Shown one piece after another: positions 19,088 to 29,295 of a stretch of 64,000 nucleotides of DNA. How positions within the stretch are numbered: position 1 is the stretch's first letter; the number at the start of each line of letters is the position of its first letter. The notes under the pieces are model-generated. The model made no database searches. It worked only from the letters and a program-made list of their open reading frames with translations, and was not told the origin of the DNA. The position numbers and the translations under genes are program-made. The stretch lies in assembly GCA_963764165.1 (NCBI GenBank), contig CAVXRD010000002.1:640001-704000 (forward strand). The letters are read 5' to 3'. Origin of the DNA: an uncultured Verrucomicrobiae bacterium. GTDB lineage: Bacteria > Verrucomicrobiota > Verrucomicrobiia > Limisphaerales > Palsa-1400.

Positions 19088-19555
19088 ATGATGGCAATGA
19101 AAACCAAAAGCGAGACGGACAAAGCGGGATCTCTGGAAATCGAAGCGGGTTTATGGGTTGACCATCGAGGGGCTTTTGTCGCCGTTCTCTCGGGAACGGG
19201 AGAGGAAACAAAACGCATCCCATCCAACGCCGAAAAACAGCTTCGTCGCACAGGCGATCCCTCTGCTGGCCGGTTTGAATACCAGGAAGTTCCCGCCGAG
19301 GATTCGCGCGAGAGAGCTTACACCGGGTATCTCGCGCGTTACTACGACGAGATTATCGCTTATCTCCGCAACTCGAGATCCATCCTGATCTTTGGTCCCG
19401 GCGAGGCCAAGAGCGAACTGAAGAAGCGATTCGAGAAAGAATGCCCCGGCGCTCACATCATAACATTGGAGACGAGTGACAAAATGACTGAGCCGCAAAT
19501 TGTGGCGCATGTCCGCCGCCACTTTGACCTAAGCGCGGCAAGGCAGGGAATTTGA
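19088..19555 (+). CDS. Hypothetical protein, eRF1/host-attachment-like fold
   Basis: GLWVDHRGAFV, YYDEII, ILIFGPGEAKSEL, DKMTEPQIVAHVRRHF; start uncertain (19088-19097). Confidence 0.65.
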   Translation: MMAMKTKSETDKAGSLEIEAGLWVDHRGAFVAVLSGTGEETKRIPSNAEKQLRRTGDPSAGRFEYQEVPAEDSRERAYTGYLARYYDEIIAYLRNSRSILIFGPGEAKSELKKRFEKECPGAHIITLETSDKMTEPQIVAHVRRHFDLSAARQGI

Positions 19556-19572
19556 TTCCCGTGATTTTCGCA

Positions 19573-19692
19573 GGGGGCGCGGCTGTGTTCGGAGGAGCGA
19601 AGCGGCGAAGAATCAGCCGGGGCGCGCGGCGATCCATCGGCGCGCCTTTCGGCTCCACCTGCTGCGACTGGTCTTCGACACAGTCGCGCTCC
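19573..19692. repeat. Degenerate REP doublet (GGAG-type)
   Basis: Left ggggcgcggctgtgt pairs with right acacagtcgcgctcc; the right arm has internal palindrome gcgactg-gtcttcgaca-cagtcgc. Confidence 0.6.
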
Positions 19693-19794
19693 GGCTAAAG
19701 GCCTGCGTCCACTTCTTACTTTAACAGTGTCCAGCCACACGACGCTTTGACAAAGCGGCTTGCAAAAGCGCCGATTTCTCCCGATGTTATGCCT

Positions 19795-20595
19795 ATGAAA
19801 AACAAAGTGCCCTTTTTCGTTCTGCTGGCGGTGGCGATTGGGCTGGGCGCTGCCCTTGTGATTGTTGACAAACATGCGGTGGAGGTCCAGCATGAGGCCG
19901 CCCACAGCGTTGCCGCCGCCTCCAACACGCTCATCACAGTCAAGAAACAGAAGGACGAACTGGCCCTTGTCAACCAAACGCTCGAAACAAACCTCGCCGC
20001 CGAGCGCCTGACTTTCTCCAATAAGCTTACCGAGGCCGAAACCAATCTGCGCCTTGCGGAATCAAATTTGGAAAAGATCACCCTGGCCTCCAGCGCTGAG
20101 CTGAAGACGATCACCGAGTCCAATGCCGCCGTCATCGCCCAGCGGGATCAAAAGATTTCAGAGTTGGAAAACCAGAATGCGGCGCTTGATCGCGAAGCCG
20201 CGTCGCTGCACCTCTCCATCACCAACCTTGACCGTCGCATCGCCGATACCGAGGGGAAACTCGCACGCTCGGAAGGCGACCGCGTGTTCCTGACGAAGGA
20301 ATTGAAAACATTGAAGGCGGAGAAGGAGGAATTGCTTCACCGCTTCAACGACATCGCCGCGGTTCGCGAGCAATTGCACAAATTGAAAATCGAAGCCTCG
20401 CTGGCCAGGAAATTGGATCACGAACGCCGCGCCATCGAAGAAAGCTTCAAGAGCGGCAAGGATAATCTGGCGGCGCTCCCCGCCCAGCCCGCCCCTCCTC
20501 CTGCGTCCGGCGGCACTGTGGAATTGCGGCGCGGCGGCGGCGTCAGCATCGAAGCTCCGGCTCCGGCTCCCGCCACCAACGCGCCGCCGCGATGA
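19795..20595 (+). CDS. Membrane-anchored coiled-coil hypothetical protein
   Basis: N-terminal TM FFVLLAVAIGLGAALVIV, heptad-rich body, Pro-rich tail. Confidence 0.75.
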   Translation: MKNKVPFFVLLAVAIGLGAALVIVDKHAVEVQHEAAHSVAAASNTLITVKKQKDELALVNQTLETNLAAERLTFSNKLTEAETNLRLAESNLEKITLASSAELKTITESNAAVIAQRDQKISELENQNAALDREAASLHLSITNLDRRIADTEGKLARSEGDRVFLTKELKTLKAEKEELLHRFNDIAAVREQLHKLKIEASLARKLDHERRAIEESFKSGKDNLAALPAQPAPPPASGGTVELRRGGGVSIEAPAPAPATNAPPR

Positions 20596-20676
20596 CACTT
20601 ATGCAGCGCGGCGTGAGACAAAACTCCTGTTCCATTTCCGAATAACGACTTTCGCCCAGCGTCGTGTTGCCGTATC

Positions 20677-21744
20677 TTGCGGGAGTTGAGTTCCAAGTCA
20701 TTAATAGATTCCCATGGCCGGGTGCTGCGCGATTTTCGCATCAGCGTGACGGACCGCTGCAATTTTCGCTGCCTTTATTGCCTTCCAGAAACTGAAGAAG
20801 CGGCGAACTTTTACCGGACTCGGTTCGGGCAGAATCCCGCCTCTTCAAAACGGATCGCCCGCGAATGGCAGCATCAAAACGAAATGCTGACGTTCGAGGA
20901 AATCGAGCGCGTCGTTTTGATTGCGGCCAGCTTGGGAATCGAGAAGATCCGGCTGACGGGCGGCGAGCCGTTGCTGCGCCAGCAAATCGAGATTTTGATC
21001 GAGAAAATTTCCCGCATTCCCGGAATTCTCGATCTCGCCCTGACCACCAACGGCTTTCATTTTCCGCAAAAGGCGGCGGCATTGCGCAAGGGGGGGTTGC
21101 GGCGCATCAGTTTCAGCATGGATTCGCTCGACCGGGAGAACTTCAAGAAAATCACCGGACGCGATGGCTTGGACGCTGTTTTGAAGAGCATCGATCTGGC
21201 GCAGGGGCTCGGTCTAAATCCTGTCAAGGTGAACGCGGTGATGATTCGCGGCATCAACGATCACGAGATAGAAAATCTCGCCGAATTCGCGCTGAACAAG
21301 AATCTCTCGTTTCGCTTTATCGAATTCATGCCACTGGATTCAGGGCGGTCCTGGCATCGCGAATTGGTTGTTCCGGGGCGGGAAATCCTGCGGCGATTGC
21401 AGGCTCGATTTCCTCTCGAACGCGTCCCTTCCAAAAACGCGTCCGAGACCGCCCAGAGGTGGGCGCTGCCCGGAGGCAAAGCGGAAATCGGCATTATCGC
21501 GCCGGTGAGCGAGCCGTTTTGCGGGCATTGCAATCGCATTCGTTTGACGGCGGATGGAAAGATTCGCACCTGCCTCTTTAGCGTTGTCGAGCATGACTTG
21601 CGCGCACTGCTGAGGGCCGATGCGGAGGACGAGGCGATTCGGGATTTTATCCGCGCGGTGGCGCTGCAAAAAGAGGCGCGCCATCACATCGGGGAGACGG
21701 GATTTGTCCAACCGGCCCGGACGATGAGTTGCATTGGTGGTTGA
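20677..21744 (+). CDS. moaA: GTP 3',8-cyclase
   Basis: RISVTDRCNFRCLYC, RLTGGEPL, RFIEFMP, FCGHCNRIRLTADG, C-terminal IGG. Confidence 0.96.
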   Translation: MRELSSKSLIDSHGRVLRDFRISVTDRCNFRCLYCLPETEEAANFYRTRFGQNPASSKRIAREWQHQNEMLTFEEIERVVLIAASLGIEKIRLTGGEPLLRQQIEILIEKISRIPGILDLALTTNGFHFPQKAAALRKGGLRRISFSMDSLDRENFKKITGRDGLDAVLKSIDLAQGLGLNPVKVNAVMIRGINDHEIENLAEFALNKNLSFRFIEFMPLDSGRSWHRELVVPGREILRRLQARFPLERVPSKNASETAQRWALPGGKAEIGIIAPVSEPFCGHCNRIRLTADGKIRTCLFSVVEHDLRALLRADAEDEAIRDFIRAVALQKEARHHIGETGFVQPARTMSCIGG

Positions 21745-21774
21745 ATGCCGTTATTTATTGGTTTTTGAGTTCTT

Positions 21775-22113
21775 ATGCCCACTTACGAATACGTCTGCGC
21801 CAAATGCGATCAGCATTTTGAAGTGCATCAATCGATCAAAGACAATGCTTTGACGACATGCCCGAAGGATCAATGCCCGCGGAAGCCGTGGGCCAAGGGC
21901 AAGGTCAAACGCGCCGTCAGCGCGGGAGCGGGCCTGATTTTCAAGGGCAGCGGGTTTTACCTGACGGATTACCGGAGCGAAGGTTACAAAGCCGCCGCCA
22001 AAAATGACGCCAACGCGAGCGCCAGCAACTCCGCAAAATCCGCCGACAGCGGCAAGAAAGAAAGCAAACCCGCGGAATCCAAGCCCACTCCGAAGCCGAC
22101 CGAAACCAAATAA
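21775..22113 (+). CDS. FmdB family zinc-ribbon protein
   Basis: MPTYEYVCAKC...CP...FKGSGFYLTDY with low-complexity tail. Confidence 0.9.
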   Translation: MPTYEYVCAKCDQHFEVHQSIKDNALTTCPKDQCPRKPWAKGKVKRAVSAGAGLIFKGSGFYLTDYRSEGYKAAAKNDANASASNSAKSADSGKKESKPAESKPTPKPTETK

Positions 22114-22132
22114 AGGGGAAGCGGGGACGGTT

Positions 22133-22274
22133 AGCCACAGATCAACACGGATAAAAACCTCAGGCAGCGGTGATAGAAGATGCGATCTGATCCGGCGCTG
22201 CTAATCCGGGCGGCGCTGCTCATGTCGGAATTGCTTTTCAGAAAATCTGTGTTGATCTGCGTCCGTCTATGGCT
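22133..22274. repeat. Intergenic inverted-repeat element with 9-bp-periodic arms
   Basis: agccacagatcaacacggat (22133-22152) pairs with atctgtgttgatctgcgtccgtctatggct (22245-22274). Confidence 0.75.
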
Positions 22275-22363
22275 TTCCGGTCGTGTTCATAAAACTGCGA
22301 GGAATTCGGTTGCCACCCGAACCGAATTGTGGGAGAATGCGGCACGTCTTTCTAAAGGATTTC

Positions 22364-25300
22364 ATGCGCAAATCAATTGTCTTGCTGGCCCGCGTTTTCT
22401 CGTTCAGAGCAAATCTTTCTTGTTCAACCGTCTGCAAGAGATGCGCGCTGTCCGCTGGCGCAATCTTCTCGATGCTGGCCCTTGTGGGAAGCTCGTTTGC
22501 GCAGACCGTTTTCCTGAATTTCAACACGGTCGGACAGTATACGAATAATTTCAGCCCGTGGAACGACACCGGCGGGGCCGGCAACGGCGGCAATTACTCG
22601 TTCGAGGAAAATACGACGGTTGGCATTGGCGGGACTGGCGGCGTGCAGGTCTACCAAAGCACGGACATGACGGCAGCGTATTCCGCGGGAAGCTGGAATA
22701 TTTCAACCAACACCGCCGCGATGATCGCGTCGTTCATGCTTTACGCGAACGGCCAAAGCAGCGGGGACAAAATACAATTTGGCGTCATGAATTCCCACAC
22801 CAATGGCTTGAATTCAAATCCGGGCGTGGATTTCGAAACTTATCGTTTCATACCGGCGGCGACCAACGTCTGGACGCTTTATGAACAGTACCGCTCGACC
22901 AACGTCACGACCAGCGGGAACGCGTTGGGCAACGTCAGCATCATCGCTGGACATTGGTACAAATTTATCTTCGGCATAACAAACGTTGGTGGCGTTAACG
23001 GCACGCTGAAAGCGGGATGCGCCTTGATCGACTTCGGCGCCAATGGCGAAACCCCCGGGACAAACGTGATTACGTTTCCGACCGCCATCACGCACGGCGG
23101 GTTGAATTTGGCGACCAATTCCGCGCTCTACCCTGCATTGCGAGCCTTTGAGGACGCGGGCATCGGCGCTTGGGACAATTTCCTGGTTTATACGCCCAAC
23201 AGCGCGCCGGTCATCACGCTTCCGCTGGCGAATGTGACGGCCTTTGTGGATACAACCGTTACTTTCACCGGCCTGGCCGACGGGCCTGGGCCGATTTACT
23301 ACAGTTGGTATACGAATGGAACTCTGGTCGCGGGCGCCACGAGTTCCACCTTCACGACTTCGCCCCTCGCCCCAAATTTAACGAACGTCACTTTTGTGGC
23401 CTCCAACTCCAAGGGTTCTGTGACGAGCACCGCAAGCGTGACGGTAATCACGCCAATGACTCCCATCGCCCTGACGGGTTACAACCTTGACGTGGTCATT
23501 GAAAGCAACGCCGCCGGTCCGCCCTACAATCAATACGCCGCGGAATTCAATCCCGGCGAAGGCACCTGCTTTTATCAATCGGGATTGCCGGGAACCAGCT
23601 ACGGCTTGCCAGCTTCTGGCGTCTTCAACAGCGCCATCGATCTGACTCAATTCGAGTTCCAGCCCTACACCACAAATAATGCGCTGGTGATGAGCTCGGA
23701 TACCGGCGTCACCGCCGGCACGCTGACGCTGCTGGCGCCCGCGACATTTTCAAGCATCGCCATTTTGGCAAACTCCGGCAGCGCAAGCCCCACCAGCACG
23801 GGCACCGTGACGTTGCTTTTCGCGGATGGGTCCACCTATCAAACCAACTATGACGCAGCGGATTGGTTTTTCAACCCGGGTTTTGCATTGCAGGGCGTGG
23901 ACCGCATCGATATCGATTCCGGAGGGGCGGGTGGCGGACCGACCGATCCGCGATTCTACCAAACGACAATCAATCTGGCGGGAGTGCGCGGCACCAATAA
24001 CGCGGCGCTCGTTAATATGACTTTCACCCAGGCGCCCGGCTCCGGCGCAACAGGCGTTTACGCCGTGAGCGGATTGGTCAGTGGAACGAACGCGTTTAGC
24101 GCGCCGGCGGTAACCAATGGCGCGGCGACGCAAATAACGGGCACGTCCGCTTTCCTCGGCGGCGGGGTTGCTTCGACGGGCGGTTATGTCCCGACTGTGA
24201 CCATTTATTACGGCACCAATGATGGCGGAACGAATGTTTCGGCATGGTCAAACAGCATTTCCCTGGGTTATCAAACGGCGGGGTTCGGGCAGGTTGTCAG
24301 CAATCTCGCCCCCGGCCAAATTTACTATTTCAGCGCCCAGGCGATGAACATCGCCGGCGTGTCGTGGGCCACGCCGTCGGAAGTCTTTCGCACGCTGCAG
24401 CCGTCTGCCGCGCAAATCGTGAATGTTCCCGCCACAAATGTCACCGCTGGCACCGCGCAGCTCGCGGCGACTGTATTGAACACCGGAAACAACACGCCTG
24501 TGGTGACCATTTTCTATGGCACGACCAATGGCGGGACGAACGCGGCAAATTGGGCGTCCAACATCAACCTGGGGCTCGAATCGGGTTATGCGGCTGTGAC
24601 TGTTCCGGACTTGGTTTCCAATACGCAGTACTATTTTACCGCGCAAGCCAGCAACGCGGAAGGAATCGTCTGGGCTGCACCTCCGCTGTCGTTCACCACG
24701 TCCGCGACCAATCCCCCGTTCAAGGGCACGGCGGTGCTCACCTATCACGGCGACAACACCCGTCTCGGCGTCAATACGAACGAGTCACAACTCACGCTCG
24801 CCAACGTCAATACGAATTCCTTCGGGCAATTGTTCACCTACTCCGTCGATGGGTTTGTTTACGCTCAACCTCTCATCATGACCAACGTGGCTGTCCCCGG
24901 AAAAGGGCTGCACAATATTCTGATCGTGGCGACCGAGAACGACAGCGTTTACGCTTTCGATGCGGACAACAATCAAGGTCCCAATGCCAACCCGATCTGG
25001 AAAGCGACCTTCATCAACGCCGCCGCTGGGGTAACGACCGTGCCGAGCAGCGTGGTGGGATCCTCGGATATTACGCCGACCATTGGCATCACCAGCACGC
25101 CGGTGATTGATCCCGTTACAGGCACGGTTTACGCCGAAGTCAAAACGGCGGAGACGGTCAGCGGCAATACGACATATGTGCATCGGTTGCACGCGCTGGA
25201 CATTGCCACCGGGCTTGAGCGCACTAATTTCAACAGCCCGGCTGTCATCAGCTGCACGAACTACATTGGCACTGGAAGCGGCGACAACGACGGAGAGAAT

Positions 25301-28300
25301 CCCGCCCACATCTTGTGGAATCCGCTGCGCCTGATGAATCGCCCCGCCCTGCTTTTGCTCAATGGAAATGTTTACATCTCTTACGCTTCGCACGGGGACA
25401 ACACGCCGTACCACGGATGGCTGCTGGCCTATAACGCGACGAACGTGGCGAAGCTGACGGGTTCGTATAACTCCACGCCGAGTGGGTCGGCCGGCGGATT
25501 CTGGGACGGCGGCGGCGGGCCGTCAGTCGACGCGCAGGGCAATTTCTACCTTCAAACCGGCAACGGCACGATGAACGGAAACACGAACCTCGGCACCACC
25601 TACAATTACGCGATGAGCATTTTGAAGTTCACGACTTCAAACAATCTGACTTTGGCCGACTATTTTTCGCCTTCAAACGCCGTTTCGCTCAGCGATGGCG
25701 ACCAGGATCTTGGCTCTTCCGCACCGCTTATGCTGCCGGATTCCGCCGGTTCCGCGGCGCATCCGCACTTGCTGGTCGGCGGCGGAAAGACGTCGCCGAT
25801 TTATCTTGTTGACCGCGACAACATGGGCCGGTTCAACGGCGCCAGCGGCAGCAATCGGATTGTGCAGCAGTTCAACGGCGGCCCCGGCGGCGACCGTGAC
25901 ATCACGCCGGCGTTTTTCAACAATACGCTCTATATTATTGACTACAATTCACGCATTGGCGCCTACAAGATCACCAACGCCGTGATGAGCACGACGCCGG
26001 TCGAGACTCCCGATGGCTACGACAACAAAGGCGGCGCGACGGCGTGCATTTCCGCCAACGGCAGCAGCAACGCCGTCATGTGGGTGATCTACAACACCGG
26101 CGGCGAAACGCCCACCTCGCCGTGCGTCCTCCGCGCCTACAACGCCACCAACATCGCACAGGAACTTTACAGCAGCGCCCAATTGCCATCGCGCGACAGC
26201 GCGGGAGACGCCGTGAAGTTTACCATCCCAACGATTGCCAACGGCAAGGTATATGTCGGCGCGCAATACTCGGTGACCGTTTACGGATTGGGCGCGTTCC
26301 TGCCGACGCCGAGCATCCAGCCAGACGGCGGATCGTTTACGAATCGAATCGCGGTGAGTTTTTCGGAATCGGCGCCCGGCGCATCGTTCTATTATACGAC
26401 CGATGGCACCGCGCCTTCGCAAAGTTCAACGTTCTATACTGGCCCCTTCACACTGACGAATGATGCCATTGTGCAGGTCATCGCGGTGGCTAACGGGGCC
26501 GTCAGCGGCGTGGCCAGCGCGAGCTTCATCAACAGCTCGGCTTACGGCACCGGCTCGGGATTGACGGCGGCGTATTTCTCGAATCAAATCGGCACCTTCA
26601 TTCCGCCCGCCACTTTGACCCGCACCGACGCGGTGGTGAATTTCAATTGGAATGGCGCAAGCCCGGCACCCGGCGTCGGCGGCACGAATTTCTCGGTGCG
26701 CTGGACGGGCAGCGTGGAGCCGCGCTACACGGAAAACTACACGTTCAACACGTTTGCGGACGCTGGTGTGCGGCTTTACATCAACGGACAGTTGATCATC
26801 AATGCGTGGACCAACCAAACACCGACGCTGTCCAGCGCGACGATTCCGATGGTCGGCCAGCAGTTGTATAACATCGAGATGGATTACTACTACGGAAGCA
26901 CCGGTGATTCCGTGGCGCAATTGTCGTGGGACAGCCCTTCCACGCCGGAGCAGATCATTCCGCAATCGCAGTTGTATCCGACGACGAATCCGCCGCCGAG
27001 CGTTGTAATGGTTTCGCCCTCCAATGGCGCGGCGCTCACGGGCACGGCGACAATCACGCTTGGAGCGGATGCGGCCTCGCAGGCGAATCCGGTCGCGCAA
27101 GTTGCATTCTATATCGGCAGCCAATTTGTTGGCGCTGTCACCAACCCGCCTTTTGAACTGACGCAAACCGGCGTGACAGCGGGCAGCTACGCGCTCACCG
27201 CCGTGGCCACGGACACCACTGGCGTCACCGCCACTTCTCCGCCTGTCAACATCACCGTCAGCGGCGGAAGCGGGCTCGCTTATGGCATCACGAATTATCC
27301 GCCGGCCCCTGCTTTCTATAATATGCCGCCTGTCTTCACTGGCACGATGCCAGCGCTGCTCTCGCAAACCGGGGTCTTCTCCAACACCCCAGCCATGGCG
27401 CCAGCGGCGAGCTTGATTCCCTACCTGCCGAATACTCCTTTGTGGTCAGATGGCGCCCAGAAGGTCCGTTATCTTTCCGTGCCGAACAACGGCGCGCCAT
27501 ATGCGCCCACGGAGCAAATTTCCTTCGCGCCGACTGGCGCCTGGTCGTTCCCGGCTGGTACGATTTTTGTGAAAACGTTTGAATTGTTGACAAACCAAAG
27601 CGATCCGACGTCACTCCATCGCCTCGAAACGCGCCTGCTGGTGCGCGACACCAACGGCGCGGTTTATGGCGTGACTTACAAGTGGCGCGCCGATCACAGC
27701 GACGCGGATTTGCTTTACAGCAACTTGACGGAATCCATTCCCATCCAAACTCCGACGGGCGTCATCACGCAGAATTGGTATTACCCGAGCCCGAGCGATT
27801 GTTTGCAATGCCATACGGCCGTGGCCAATTACGTCCTCGGTGTCAACACGCGGCAGTTGAACAATGCTCTCACCTACTCGAATGGCATTGTTGACAACGA
27901 ACTCCGCGCGATGAACCGGGCCGGCATGTTCAATCCTGCGTTCGACGAATCGTCCATCTCGAACATGGAAGCGCTTTCGGCGGTCACCAATCCCGTTGCA
28001 TCGTTTGAGCAGCGTGCGCGCTCCTATCTGGACGCCAACTGCGCCCAGTGCCATCAACCCGGCGGCAGCGGGCCGACCTTTGACGCGCGTTACGACACGC
28101 CGCTGGCCAGCCAGAACATCATTAACACGCCGGCGGTGAAGGGAAATCTCGGCTATGACCACATGAACATTGTCACCCCGAGCGACGTTTGGCGGTCGAG
28201 CATTTATGACCGCATGAACACGGTTGATCCGGCGATCAAAATGCCGACGCTGGCCAGAAACTTGATCGATACCAACGCCGTCGCCTTGATGGCGCAGTGG

Positions 28301-28789
28301 ATCAACAGCCTCGGTGGGACGCCTGCCTTGCCGCCGCCCACGATCCAACCGATGGGCGGAACGTTTCAGGGTTATGTCAGCGTCAGCATCCTGCCGCCGA
28401 CCAACGGCGCCTCGATTTATTTTACGCTGGATGGTTCGCTCCCCACCACCAATTCGCAGTTGTATACCGGGCCGTTCACGCTGACCAACAACGCCACCGT
28501 CAGCGCCAACGCGTGGGAAACCGGTTATGTAGACAGCGTCGCTCCTTCGGCCCAGTTCACGATTTTGCCGGGATTGTTCTTCCTTTCGCCAGGCGGATTC
28601 ACCAATGGCGTGTTCCAAATGGCGTTTGCGGGGCCGGTCGGTTCCAATTATGTTTTGCAGGTGAGCGCTGATTTGATGAATTGGACTCCCGTCAGCACCA
28701 ACACGCCCGGGGCCACGCCGTTCGTGCTGAGCGACCCGGGCGCGCCGTCAGGGTCAGCGAGATTTTATCGGGTGGTGGAGCAGCCGTGA
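22364..28789 (+). CDS. Giant secreted multidomain protein: Ig/Fn3-like repeats, PQQ-like beta-propeller, Fn3-associated domain, PA14, Ig-like domain, diheme c-type cytochrome domain, RFYR C-terminal domain
   Basis: TYHGDNTRLGVNTNE..DGFVYAQPL (propeller); YYTTDGTAP; NFSVRWTG..DAGVRLYING (PA14); CLQCH 27800-27814 and CAQCH 28040-28054; AAAGGA before ATG 22364 (start uncertain). Confidence 0.85.
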   Translation: MRKSIVLLARVFSFRANLSCSTVCKRCALSAGAIFSMLALVGSSFAQTVFLNFNTVGQYTNNFSPWNDTGGAGNGGNYSFEENTTVGIGGTGGVQVYQSTDMTAAYSAGSWNISTNTAAMIASFMLYANGQSSGDKIQFGVMNSHTNGLNSNPGVDFETYRFIPAATNVWTLYEQYRSTNVTTSGNALGNVSIIAGHWYKFIFGITNVGGVNGTLKAGCALIDFGANGETPGTNVITFPTAITHGGLNLATNSALYPALRAFEDAGIGAWDNFLVYTPNSAPVITLPLANVTAFVDTTVTFTGLADGPGPIYYSWYTNGTLVAGATSSTFTTSPLAPNLTNVTFVASNSKGSVTSTASVTVITPMTPIALTGYNLDVVIESNAAGPPYNQYAAEFNPGEGTCFYQSGLPGTSYGLPASGVFNSAIDLTQFEFQPYTTNNALVMSSDTGVTAGTLTLLAPATFSSIAILANSGSASPTSTGTVTLLFADGSTYQTNYDAADWFFNPGFALQGVDRIDIDSGGAGGGPTDPRFYQTTINLAGVRGTNNAALVNMTFTQAPGSGATGVYAVSGLVSGTNAFSAPAVTNGAATQITGTSAFLGGGVASTGGYVPTVTIYYGTNDGGTNVSAWSNSISLGYQTAGFGQVVSNLAPGQIYYFSAQAMNIAGVSWATPSEVFRTLQPSAAQIVNVPATNVTAGTAQLAATVLNTGNNTPVVTIFYGTTNGGTNAANWASNINLGLESGYAAVTVPDLVSNTQYYFTAQASNAEGIVWAAPPLSFTTSATNPPFKGTAVLTYHGDNTRLGVNTNESQLTLANVNTNSFGQLFTYSVDGFVYAQPLIMTNVAVPGKGLHNILIVATENDSVYAFDADNNQGPNANPIWKATFINAAAGVTTVPSSVVGSSDITPTIGITSTPVIDPVTGTVYAEVKTAETVSGNTTYVHRLHALDIATGLERTNFNSPAVISCTNYIGTGSGDNDGENPAHILWNPLRLMNRPALLLLNGNVYISYASHGDNTPYHGWLLAYNATNVAKLTGSYNSTPSGSAGGFWDGGGGPSVDAQGNFYLQTGNGTMNGNTNLGTTYNYAMSILKFTTSNNLTLADYFSPSNAVSLSDGDQDLGSSAPLMLPDSAGSAAHPHLLVGGGKTSPIYLVDRDNMGRFNGASGSNRIVQQFNGGPGGDRDITPAFFNNTLYIIDYNSRIGAYKITNAVMSTTPVETPDGYDNKGGATACISANGSSNAVMWVIYNTGGETPTSPCVLRAYNATNIAQELYSSAQLPSRDSAGDAVKFTIPTIANGKVYVGAQYSVTVYGLGAFLPTPSIQPDGGSFTNRIAVSFSESAPGASFYYTTDGTAPSQSSTFYTGPFTLTNDAIVQVIAVANGAVSGVASASFINSSAYGTGSGLTAAYFSNQIGTFIPPATLTRTDAVVNFNWNGASPAPGVGGTNFSVRWTGSVEPRYTENYTFNTFADAGVRLYINGQLIINAWTNQTPTLSSATIPMVGQQLYNIEMDYYYGSTGDSVAQLSWDSPSTPEQIIPQSQLYPTTNPPPSVVMVSPSNGAALTGTATITLGADAASQANPVAQVAFYIGSQFVGAVTNPPFELTQTGVTAGSYALTAVATDTTGVTATSPPVNITVSGGSGLAYGITNYPPAPAFYNMPPVFTGTMPALLSQTGVFSNTPAMAPAASLIPYLPNTPLWSDGAQKVRYLSVPNNGAPYAPTEQISFAPTGAWSFPAGTIFVKTFELLTNQSDPTSLHRLETRLLVRDTNGAVYGVTYKWRADHSDADLLYSNLTESIPIQTPTGVITQNWYYPSPSDCLQCHTAVANYVLGVNTRQLNNALTYSNGIVDNELRAMNRAGMFNPAFDESSISNMEALSAVTNPVASFEQRARSYLDANCAQCHQPGGSGPTFDARYDTPLASQNIINTPAVKGNLGYDHMNIVTPSDVWRSSIYDRMNTVDPAIKMPTLARNLIDTNAVALMAQWINSLGGTPALPPPTIQPMGGTFQGYVSVSILPPTNGASIYFTLDGSLPTTNSQLYTGPFTLTNNATVSANAWETGYVDSVAPSAQFTILPGLFFLSPGGFTNGVFQMAFAGPVGSNYVLQVSADLMNWTPVSTNTPGATPFVLSDPGAPSGSARFYRVVEQP

Positions 28790-29295
28790 GCAAGTGCATT
28801 TTTTTGATATTATGTTTGACGGCCTCGCTGGCCGCCGCGGATCCGGCGACCAATAGGTCGGATACGACTTATACGACCAATTCGGCCGCCGTTCGCGGCG
28901 AGCAACTCCGCACCGCTTGCATCGATGGCCGGCGCTTTATTTGCGGACGCGTGCTGCAAGTCTCGAAAACCAATCTGGTTGTGGACAGCGGCTACACCAC
29001 CCTGACCCAGCCGCCGCTGAATCATTCGTGGGTCACGCGCTCCAATGTCAATCCGCCGAAAACCCCAAATCTCGTTGAAGGCAAGGCGCCGGACTGCATC
29101 GCGGTCGGATTGGTTTCTGTGACGGATTTTCCAAAGCGCCCCGCCGTCCATCAATACGACTATGTCTGCCTGCACGGCTATCCGGCCGGCTCTGATGTCT
29201 ACAAGCCGATGCCAGGGATCGAGAAAACGCTGCGGAGGTTTTCCGGCGGACTGGAAACTGCCGTCCGGCTGAATTTGCAATCCGGTGAGCATTGA
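28786..29295 (+). CDS. Secreted hypothetical protein
   Basis: GTG overlaps the upstream TGA; signal peptide MSKCIFLILCLTASLAAA. Confidence 0.75.
   Translation: MSKCIFLILCLTASLAAADPATNRSDTTYTTNSAAVRGEQLRTACIDGRRFICGRVLQVSKTNLVVDSGYTTLTQPPLNHSWVTRSNVNPPKTPNLVEGKAPDCIAVGLVSVTDFPKRPAVHQYDYVCLHGYPAGSDVYKPMPGIEKTLRRFSGGLETAVRLNLQSGEH

Noticed and set aside
20596..20676. Molybdenum cofactor riboswitch upstream of moaA
   Set aside because: The gap is only about 80 bp and I see no multi-stem structure
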